A stretch of DNA of 64,000 nt from Hormiphora californensis. Taxonomy: Eukaryota > Animalia > Ctenophora. The stretch is taken from positions 5,642,001-5,706,000 of the forward strand of contig CM035356.1 of NCBI GenBank assembly GCA_020137815.1. The letters run 5' to 3'. Every line of letters begins with the position of its first letter. Positions within the stretch are counted from its first letter, which is position 1. Shown here piece by piece: positions 39,984 to 50,908 of the stretch. The notes under the pieces are model-generated. The model was not told the DNA's origin and made no database searches. It was given only the letters and a program-made list of their open reading frames with translations. The position numbers were made by a program, and so were the translations under genes.

Positions 39984-40890
39984 TGAGAGCGAGAGAGCAA
40001 TTAGAGGCAGGTATTATACGAGGTGATTCCTTGCAGAACGGAAATTAGAAGTCCAAAAGATCACCCACTACCCAGTAGTGACCATAGAAAGCTTGTGAGA
40101 AAGAGAGAGAGAGGGTGAGAGTGAGAAAGAGAGAGAGAGTGAGAGAGAGAGAGAGATGGCGAGAAATAATCTATTAAATTGGATAGGGAGAGTAGGAGAA
40201 TGCTAATCCAACATGCCAATGTGGTGTTAGTGATTGGAGAAAAACCTACGAGCTGCAAGGGCGTGATCAATGTAACAGAAAGATCAAGAGAAGTAAAAAG
40301 AGAGATAAGAATAAAGTAGGTTGTGCATCATCAGTCAAGGAAATGTCAATTTGAAGAATAATCCAACTAGGATTTACTGAGCTGCCTTTAGTAGTGGGCG
40401 CCCATTTTCACCAGAAATTATGGAACGAATCTATGCAATTGTCGTAAAACCGGTTGAAAGATAACCGAGACACTCTCGCCAAATGTCATAGCTATTTACA
40501 AGATATGGTACGACATTCAAGAAACATCTATGTCTCTATAGCCAAAAAACCGTCCAAGAAAGTATGATCACTCACCACAGTAACACTGCCTTTAACATAC
40601 AAGTGAAACATATTATATTTTGTTTTTCCTAAAAAGTTACGTTCTCTTTTGTAGCTTAGTTTGTTGAGCTTAGTAAAGAGATAAATCAACTCTATTTGAT
40701 TTATCTCTTTGCTAAGCTCAAGATAGCATTTCCTTATTTTGCTCCTTTTTTCTCTGCATCTCTCTATCTGCATCTCTGCTGTATCTCTCTATCTCCATCT
40801 CTCCTGCATCTCTCTATCTATCTTTTCATTCTCCAATACTGCTTGTAATAAGTATAGCGGTAACCACAATTTACACCAAGTAAGCCAAGA

Positions 40891-42968
40891 ACAATTAATA
40901 TGACGTGATCAACTGCTATAGCCCAACTGTTCATTCTGAGAATTCTGATACAAAGATATTATTTGCCGTACTGCTATATGAGGTAACTCCAACCCCCCAG
41001 TTTCATCTCCTTGTTTAACATGGGAGTTACCAAGGGAATCCACTGAGTTCGATTAATCTAGGCACATACCCACAGTACTATTCGAATTGGCATATCTTTA
41101 TATCAGGAATCTCGGATAGCAACAATCCTTGTGTTTTATTGCTATCTGAACAGATTAGGCGTATAGACAGGGCTCTTATTATCAGCAGTACTCACGTATC
41201 AATGGTAATGTATTAATTGCACTGAACTGCTGTAGACATCACCCACTCACTTCATACACACACAACACCCACACACATGACCAAGCCTGTACGACAGGTT
41301 ATTGATCACCGGCTGTATTACAGCACGAGAGAGCCGTCACTAGTATCGTGCAGTGATCCGAAGATCATGATAACAATTAATATGACGTGATCAACTGCTA
41401 TAGCCCAACTGTTCATTCTGAGAATTCTGATACAAAGATATTATTTGCCGTACTGCTATATGAGGTAACTCCAACCCCCCAGTTTCATCTCCTTGTTTAA
41501 CATGGGAGTTACCAAGGGAATCCACTGAGTTCGATTAATCTAGGCACATACCCACAGTACTATTCGAATTGGCATATCTTTATATCAGGAATCTCGGATA
41601 GCAACAATCCTTGTGTTTTATTGCTATCTGAACAGATTAGGCGTATAGACAGGGCTCTTATTATCAGCAGTACTCACGTATCAATGGTAATGTATTAATT
41701 GCACTGAACTGCTGTAGACATCACCCACTCACTTCATACACACACAACACCCACACACATGACCAAGCCTGTACGACAGGTTATTGATCACCGGCTGTAT
41801 TACAGCACGAGAGAGCCGTCACTAGTATCGTGCAGTGATCCGAAGATCATGATAACAATTAATATGACGTGATCTCTCGTGCTGTAATACAGCCGGTGAT
41901 CAATAACCTGTCGTACAGGCTTGGTCATGTGTGTGGGTGTTGTGTGTGTATGAAGTGAGTGGGTGATGTCTACAGCAGTTCAGTGCAATTAATACATTAC
42001 CATTGATACGTGAGTACTGCTGATAATAAGAGCCCTGTCTATACGCCTAATCTGTTCAGATAGCAATAAAACACAAGGATTGTTGCTATCCGAGATTCCT
42101 GATATAAAGATATGCCAATTCGAATAGTACTGTGGGTATGTGCCTAGATTAATCGAACTCAGTGGATTCCCTTGGTAACTCCCATGTTAAACAAGGAGAT
42201 GAAACTGGGGGGTTGGAGTTACCTCATATAGCAGTACGGCAAATAATATCTTTGTATCAGAATTCTCAGAATGAACAGTTGGGCTATAGCAGTTGATCAC
42301 GTCATATTAATTGTTATCATGATCTTCGGATCACTGCACGATACTAGTGACGGCTCTCTCGTGCTGTAATACAGCCGGTGATCAATAACCTGTCGTACAG
42401 GCTTGGTCATGTGTGTGGGTGTTGTGTGTGTATGAAGTGAGTGGGTGATGTCTACAGCAGTTCAGTGCAATTAATACATTACCATTGATACGTGAGTACT
42501 GCTGATAATAAGAGCCCTGTCTATACGCCTAATCTGTTCAGATAGCAATAAAACACAAGGATTGTTGCTATCCGAGATTCCTGATATAAAGATATGCCAA
42601 TTCGAATAGTACTGTGGGTATGTGCCTAGATTAATCGAACTCAGTGGATTCCCTTGGTAACTCCCATGTTAAACAAGGAGATGAAACTGGGGGGTTGGAG
42701 TTACCTCATATAGCAGTACGGCAAATAATATCTTTGTATCAGAATTCTCAGAATGAACAGTTGGGCTATAGCAGTTGATCACGTCATATTAATTGTTATC
42801 ATGATCTTCGGATCACTGCACGATACTAGTGACGGCTCTCTCGTGCTGTAATACAGCCGGTGATCAATAACCTGTCGTACAGGCTTGGTCATGTGTGTGG
42901 GTGTTGTGTGTGTATGAAGTGAGTGGGTGATGTCTACAGCAGTTCAGTGCAATTAATACATTACCATT
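40891..42968. mobile_element. Concatemer of a 482-bp structured non-coding unit (about 2.04 direct + 2.27 inverted copies) with a 12-bp TSD; putative retro-integrated circular RNA
   Basis: Period 482 (unit starts 40891, 41373, 41855; inverted landmarks 41879, 42361, 42843). Inversion junction at 41873-41874. TAAGCCAAGAAC at 40881-40892 and 42968-42979. Extensive internal self-complementarity; no ORF of 60 aa or more. Confidence 0.8.
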
Positions 42969-43216
42969 AAGCCAAGAACGGGTCACTCGTTTCTCTCTCT
43001 ATATCCTCTCCCCTTCTATCTATGTAAGATATCAACCCAGGAAATGGTAGTACATGGTACTCTTCAAGCCGTGATTTATTTTTGAACACAGAGGTAGAGA
43101 ACAAGCACTGTTCTTTTAAAGCCGATAAAGAAATACTGCTTTATTTATTTGGGTCCACACTCCACAGTGAGTCCACAATGTGTCTATAATGTGTTCTTTG
43201 AACACTGTTAATATCG

Positions 43217-43446
43217 GGTCAAGGGTTGTTGGCTATGGCTGGGTCCCGGGTCGAATCTCGGTTCGGGATCTAAGGCAAGCTGTCTAGTTGACCAAGCTAT
43301 AAATTGGTACAGCTTGGGCTGGATAGTCACGCTACCCTGCACAGTTCACGTAGGGCTGCCCCCCCTACTGTAAGTTTAGTAAGTACCTCGGTACGGAGTG
43401 GCATAGGGCTTAGAATCAGAGATAAGCACCGCAAGCTTATCCAGTG
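43217..43446 (+). mobile_element. Probable tRNA-derived SINE
   Basis: B-box-like GGGTCGAATCTC in a tRNA-like head; CCAAGCTATAAATTGGTAC and GAGATAAGCACCGC resemble conserved central domains of metazoan SINEs (from memory, not searched). Confidence 0.45.
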
Positions 43447-43891
43447 ATTGGGACAGATCTACCCTTTGAGTTTTGACAAGCGGTTACCCCCGAGCAGCCC
43501 GGTAAATCGTGGTCACCGGTCTTACTAAAATATCATACCCCTGAGCAGTCCGGTAAATCGCGGTCCGACCATATTTGTATAGTCAGTTATCTGTATTTTG
43601 TCACTAGCAGCTCCTCGTGCTTGTAGCGAGACTTTTACACGCTCACTTGTGCACTACTGGATCAACTGCGGTACAGTGGTACATCCGGGTTGGGGGTATA
43701 AATCTATGCGACTTTTACTTAGATAACAGATCAAAGCTCAACCGCTGTTCAGTGATGATCTAGCCGACTATAAACTGGTACTTGAATAGTTCTGCAATGT
43801 GTTGTCCCTATTCAATTCAGTGTTCTGCTATGTTTTGCCCCATTCAATTCAGTGTTACCCAATTAGTTATAACTCAATACTATATCCCAGA

Positions 43892-44188
43892 ATGAAGGTA
43901 TTCCTTGTTGCCCTGATCGCCCTCGTGGCCATGACCGCTGCCCGCCCCCATCTGGCCCTCTTCGAGCACGGACACTTCAGGGGAGGCCGCCACAACATCC
44001 ATGCACCTCAGTCATGGGTTGGAGGATTCAACGATAAGGCTTCCAGCGCCCATGCTATTCGCGGTAACTGGGACTGCTTCGAGCACGGACACTTCAGAGG
44101 CCGACGCCTGAGAATGCCCCAGGGTTCCCGCAGGCCTGGCATGCCCGGTGGATGGAACGACGTTATCTCCTCTTGCCGTCCCTTCTAA
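43892..44188 (+). CDS. Secreted single-domain beta/gamma-crystallin (98 aa), intronless CDS
   Basis: Signal peptide MKVFLVALIALVAMTAA, then two tandem halves (LFEHGHFRG..FNDKASS and CFEHGHFRG..WNDVISS) matching Greek-key F-x6-G and N-D-x-x-S-S motifs. AG acceptor 1 nt before the ATG; AATAAA at 44294. Confidence 0.9.
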   Translation: MKVFLVALIALVAMTAARPHLALFEHGHFRGGRHNIHAPQSWVGGFNDKASSAHAIRGNWDCFEHGHFRGRRLRMPQGSRRPGMPGGWNDVISSCRPF

Positions 44189-45777
44189 ATTTCATATTGC
44201 ATGTGAATTTTATTAACGAATTTGAGTTAACTAAGCTGTTTAATTGTTTTCCGTTGGGGGGGGGGGGTGTTATTAAAATTAACTAAGCCTCAAAATAAAT
44301 ATTTATGCAATACCTGCTCGTTTTCCTTACCATACCAACTACCTAGGAACTCCCTGACAAATCCATACCAACTACCTAGCAACTCCCTAACAACTCCCTG
44401 ACAACTCCATACCAACTACCTAGCAACTCCCTAACAACTCCCTGACAACTCCATACCAACTACCTAGCAACTCCCTGAATACTCCATACCAACACCATAA
44501 CAACTCCCTAGCAACTCCATACAAACTCCCTAGCAACTCTCCGGCAAAGGTGGTTGGAGGGAGGTTAGAAAACACCCGTGGAATGAAAAAAAGAAGATTA
44601 AAAGCAGCTGCTAGCAGGGCAACTGGGCAAGTGATCTCCGCCAGAAATATATACGCAATACCGAACAACAAACACGACTCGAGATGCTCGTCTTACAGAA
44701 GCTTGTATGACATTTCAAGAGGGTGTCTATATCTATTATAATACATGCATGCCTCTATATCAAGAAGTAAACAACATGTACACACATTACTGGTGAATAC
44801 CACGTGTCTCGGCGTCTCGCTATCTGTCCCCCCTCTCTCTCACTCATGCAATGTGTTCACATAAATATGTTCGGTAGACAATGAAAAATATATTAAATTA
44901 CATAGTATATATATAATTCGGATTTAAAACACACTCAGTAGCCGCGGCAATGGTCGAGGGAAGGGTTTAATAAAAAGTTTCTTTAGAAAATATCCTGTGA
45001 AATGAAAAAGTATTAAAAGTTATGTTTATAACACGCCCTGCATGTAGTTGCCCTGGTTACTACATTAGTTGTCCTGGTTACTACATTATCATGAACAGCA
45101 ATTTAAATCAAGAACATCACAAACAAAGATTGGAAAAGCATTGACGACTATTTTAATTTCGAAACCGTCGTGTGATTTGTTTCCTGCAATAAAATCATTG
45201 TCTCAGTTGTCCATAAACTACTATCAACTATTTTAATTTGTTTTTCAATGATCCTTATTCATGACAACCTTGTTTTGACACAATGACACATTGTTTCAGA
45301 GCAGTATAAGAGACAAAGAGCTAAACAGTCCCCTGCAGCACAAGATACATCGGTATAACACAACCGCGGTGGTGACATTACATTGTCAATTAAAAACACC
45401 GCAAATTTAATTTTAACTGCACGGGCAAAACGAGATACGGTTCTATTTTTAATCAACAACAGAGCAAAACGGCAAAAAATAAAAGATTCTCAGACATTAT
45501 AAGATGTATCCATCTAAAATCTAATACACTGCAACTGGAAACACAGCTTACCGACATAGTTACCCATACCCGGGCGGTTTGCGGTTTGCTCAGCGTTTGG
45601 CTAAGTGTGCTGGAAGCACACAGTGAACGTGCTGCAGCTGTTATAGCAGTTGGCACATGCGTCTAAATGTAGCACAATGGAGATTAGTGCTTGTACTACT
45701 GCTGCAGCAGTGGCAACTGCAGCAGACAGCTCGGGTAATGGGCGTGCATTCACCTCGCTATGAAGAACAGAGAGAGA

Positions 45778-45835
<58 letters not shown>

Positions 45836-46469
45836 AAGAGAGAAAGAAGGAGAGAGGAAAGAGGAGAGAGAGAGGAGAGGAGAGAAAAGAGAGAGAAAGA
45901 AGAGAGAGAGAGAGAAAAGAGGAAAGAGATGGGGGAGAGAGAAGAGAAAAAAGAGAGAGAAAAGGAAGAGAGGAAGAGAGAGAAAGAAGGGGGGGGGGGG
46001 GAGTGAGAGAGAGGGAGAGAGAAAGAAGGAGAGAGAAAGAGAAAAAAGAGAAAGAGAGAGAGAGAGAGAGAGAGGGGAAAGAGGAGAGAGAGAGGGGGGG
46101 AGGGGAGAGAGAATACAGGGGGAGAGATGGGTTAGACCAGGATAAGCACAGGCTGTTGTGGAGGATAATGTTCAATTGACACGGCTCTTACTACTATCCT
46201 GTATCTTTCTCCTTTTTCCTTTCTCTTTCCCTTCCCCCTCTCTCTCCCTTTTCACTAGTTTTTTTTGATTATCTCTTCTTTTTCTCAAACTTTCCCTCTC
46301 CCCCCCCCCCCCCCCCTTTTTCTCTTCTCTCCTTCTTTTTCTTTTCTCCCCTTTCCTATTTTTTCCCTTCCTCCTTCCCCCTTTCCCTCCCTTTGTCTGT
46401 AGTTTCTCTCTCTCTTTCCTCCCCCCCTCCCCCTCTCTTTTTCTTTCTCTCCTTCTCTCCCTCTCTCCC

Positions 46470-46500
<31 letters not shown>

Positions 46501-46765
46501 CTCTCTCCTCTCTCTCTTCTCCATCCTCCCCCCCCCCCCCTAAACCTCTCCCCCTCTTCTCCTTTCCCCCCTCCTTGTCGTAATCTCTTCTTCCTCCTCT
46601 CTTCTTAAAAATAGACTTTCCCCTCCCCCTCTACCCTCCCTTCTCTCCATCCCGTAGTCTTAGGTCTTTAATCTCAATCTTCTCTTCTCGTCTCTTCTGT
46701 TTTCTCTTTCTTTTCGGGTCTCGCTTGGGACTTGGCCTTAAACAAGGACAGGACGGACAGGGAAC

Positions 46766-46987
46766 AGAGACAGAGACAGAGACAGAGACAGAGACAGAGA
46801 CAGAGACAGAAACAGAGAGACAGAAACAGAGACAGAGACAGAGACAGAGACAGAGACAGAGACAGAGACAGAGACAGAGACAGAGACAGAGACAGAGACA
46901 GAGACAGAGACAGAGACAGAGACAGAGACAGAGACAGAGACAGAGACAGAGACAGAGACAGAGACAGAGACAGAGACAGAGACAGAC
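46766..46987. repeat. (AGAGAC)n microsatellite
   Basis: Direct inspection. Confidence 0.95.
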
Positions 46988-47355
46988 ATTACCTGTCGAT
47001 TCATTTCAGAGACAGAGTTGATTTATTTCTTGGAGCCTCATCCTCATGACTCGATACACTTCTTCTTGGAGAGCAGCAGCTCCTGTCCCTACCTGTCATG
47101 GGATACCTCTGATTACCATCCTCAGCCATCATTCTATGTGGGATTCTACACACGCCAGCAGAGGGAGAGATCCATGTGCCAGCTCTTCTTGTGGGTGCAG
47201 TTGCTACTTGCAGGTATGTATCCGTTGTATCCGTTGTATCTTGATCTTCATACAGAGGCTGACTGTTGAACAATTGATATAGTCCTAGGACGTACTCTTC
47301 TTATTATATATACAATTTCACTGATTCTTACCGGGATTACTACTACTATAAGATA

Positions 47356-50300
47356 ATGGCAAGGATTTTACGAAAGGCCGTTGCAATCTTCACTTTGTTC
47401 GTGTTTTCCTATCTATGCTTCACAATCGTCGACCCCACTGTTTTTCTTCTACAAAATTCATCATTGACAGGTTAGTCCTTTTATTTGGCGTCATAGCAAC
47501 CATGTTCCATGGTTACCATGGTTACCATGGTTACCAGTATAACTTTCAGATGATACCAAGAGGCATTCTAGGGAATTAATAACAACAAACTCAATTCGAG
47601 ACTATTGTAAATCAGTTCTTCGAGTTCCTTACAACTACACCCAGTAAGAAATTGGCATGATGACGGGAGGATATTGAGGCAGTATGCATGCAGTATGTTT
47701 CTAAGCTGTAATTACCATGGTTACAATGTAATCTAAGATTCTGTTTGACTCGTTTCATGGCTGTTTTTTGTTTAATTTTAATCACACAACTAGCTCCTGC
47801 GTGCCCTGCGATTCAATTCAATCTACAGCTACCACCATGCACACGTATCATTATGAGGGCTCTATTCGTAGAATCTGAATAATACATAGTTGCAGTTGTA
47901 GATCCCAATAATATGGCCCTAAACACTTATATAATGGCCCTATATACAGCGCTCTTTCCATTCGTAAATTCTTGCAGGCAGCAGAAAACTTTACTAAACT
48001 ACCCATTGTATATTTTAGTCTACTACATGCAGTCCCTACACAGCATGACAGTCCCTAACAATGAAACTGTATCATTATCACATATTACGGGCGTCTCGTC
48101 CCAGCCTTAAACTATTTTAGATGTTTCATTAATCGTCTATAAAGAACTCGACTATTATACATTCGTTCTAAAAAGCTGGTTTAATCGTAACTTGTGCGTA
48201 ACATTTCTCAGTTGTCTGACGTCTGTATATAATATGGCATTTTCAAGAAAAGTTATACTGTGCATTCCGGTAGTTTTTTGTTTTTGTCTCCTCGTTGTCA
48301 TTTTACTGAACTTCAACCATAAACAGCAACCTATCTCCAGCCTTACTCTCACAAGTAAGAAAAACAGTAACGAAATAGAATTTTCAACAGTTTATAGTAC
48401 TGCTTCATCAAAATATCTATACTCGAACTCCTTCATCAAACTTTTCAGCGGACACAAATCGGAAGGCTGTCACGACAAGCACAGTTAGAGAATATTGCAA
48501 AAGAGTTCTAAAAGTACCATACAACTATTATAGTACACTGTAAGATATTCTGAATAACTGTAAGATTGCTAAAACTATGCTAAAACTATGGTTCACTCGC
48601 TAATGCAACATCAAGCATAAGTTTATTTATTTTTAAATGCTTTTGAATATGAAATGCTAATAAGTAATAAGTTAAGTCGTTTACTGCTAATGGACGTAGC
48701 GCCGTTTTAAAGGGCAAGCTAACCTCAAGAGAGAGATAGAGAGAGGGAGAATTTATCTGGCCTAGCAATTGTCTAAATTGCCGCTAGTCTTTCGCCGTCA
48801 CCACTTCGAACACGCACGCTGCTGTATTATAATATACTGAGCTGATTCTTTGACTGCAAATGAACTAAACAGACAACTATACACTTTATTTTACCGTCCC
48901 AAAAAAACAAATAACTGTTTCAGGGAAGAGAGCGATGAGCCGCCAGCCGACCATTACTACTCAAAACTAAACTACTTCGCTAATCATCTTTATATCAACG
49001 ACGAATACAAGTTCATGTACCTCGCCGTCCCTAAGGTAAGTTTAAAAGTCCTAAAATGTATTCTAATTCGTCTTGTTCAGCCACGAAAGATTTCTTAGTA
49101 AGAATAAGGTTTAAGACAAATAACCTCTCAATTTCCTGGAATATTCGGTCACATTATTTCGACTCGACTCGAAGGCTTGAACTGCTTCGAACTGCTTCGA
49201 GCCTTCAGGTCACACAGCACAGCCAAAACGGATGTGAGAATCATATAATGATAGTGTTACTCCCCCAATGTCCATTATGACATAGCTCACCGATATTATA
49301 TAGGTACATTAAACCAAATAATTTGTCGTCCGATAGCCGATATATATTTACTAGACGGGGAAGTAGTAATGCATCCGATCATATTGTACTAGCGGTCTAT
49401 AAAATGAAGCAGTCACTGAATAATATACGCTTAAATATATGTTCTTTGTCTGATCCTTTTACCAAACCCACCCACGAGGCATAGGGCCCCCTATTATATA
49501 TTATATATCCTATAGGGATATATATCACATAGATTATATCATATATACTTACCCCGACGGAATGATATATATTGTATACTAAAAGGGGGAGCTGGGCTGA
49601 TTCCACGAACTATAGTTCGACTGTTTCCCCCAATGGAAATTCTTTGAAGGGACAATCCAGGAATTGCTGATGGTTACCCCCCCCCCCCCCCATCCACATG
49701 CCATATCCCTTGGTTACGAAGTCATCCCTTTGTTTGTTTCAGGTTGCATGTAGTAACTGGAAGAAGTTGATGTTGCAGCTCCGAAATGTGACTGATGAGG
49801 GCACCCTGGCCTGGCCTCACGACTTTAACAAACACAAACGGCTGGTAAAATAAAATTTTGCTTTAAAAATGAGTACATGATTCTTAGAATTCTATTTTTG
49901 GGCTTCATCGCGACAGCGCAAACTTGATACTTGTATCATTTTACTAAAATTATAGTGTATGCGGTAACCATTTTACATACTACTGAATACTCAGATCTCA
50001 ATACCAATCAATAGGTTGACTTACCGAGAGAAGAGTGGAAAGCAGCGTTACAAGATTACGGGTACTTCAAATTCCTGTTTGTAAGGAACCCTTGGACTCG
50101 CCTGGTGAGTGGAACACCTCCTTATAAGGACAAAACAAAGTCCAAAGGACCAAATTTGGGCATATTAATTTGGGCAAATATATCAAACAAAATTTGGGCA
50201 AATCAAGGAAGACATTTAACACAAGTTAACAACCACAACCACACAGGTGAGCGCGTATGTGGATCGCTTTACAAGACACGATAAGTGGTGGTATGGGTAC

Positions 50301-50708
50301 ATTCAAAAGTAAGTATACACACTACGCAGGGTCCATTGTTCAGTGCAGCTCCTGTTGGTCCTGATCGTGCTACCCTTTTTTCTCAAAATAAGAACCGAGA
50401 TTATTGGCATGATCAACAGTGGTGTTATGTGGGCACTGATAATTATCACGGCTGATAACAGTAACACGAGTACCTACTACATTTCATAGCAGTTCAAAAT
50501 AAAGCGTGATCGCGTCTTAATTAATTAATTACATAATAACATAATATAAAATTGGAATGGGAGTCCATATAATTATTGCATCAAGATGGTACTTTACAAC
50601 AGCTGTATCATAGACTTGGACTATTATAATGAGTTTTACATAAAAAGATAGGAGAGGAGGACGGGGGAAAACGATATGAAGATAGGGAGGCAGATGGAAA
50701 GAGAGAGT

Positions 50709-50764
<56 letters not shown>

Positions 50765-50765
50765 A

Positions 50766-50809
<44 letters not shown>

Positions 50810-50826
50810 TGAGAGAGAGTGAGAGT

Positions 50827-50874
<48 letters not shown>

Positions 50875-50875
50875 A

Positions 50876-50908
<33 letters not shown>

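Noticed and set aside
41257-41278. CA-rich loop resembling the budding-yeast telomerase template
   Set aside because: Low complexity, and an animal template would read CCCTAA; probably chance.
40891-41372. Canonical hammerhead, twister or HDV ribozyme in the 482-nt unit
   Set aside because: No CTGANGA core on either strand and only partial resemblance to other classes by eye; needs a covariance search.
47010-47212. AG/GT-bounded block upstream of the sulfotransferase
   Set aside because: No recognisable product in any frame; may be a UTR exon.
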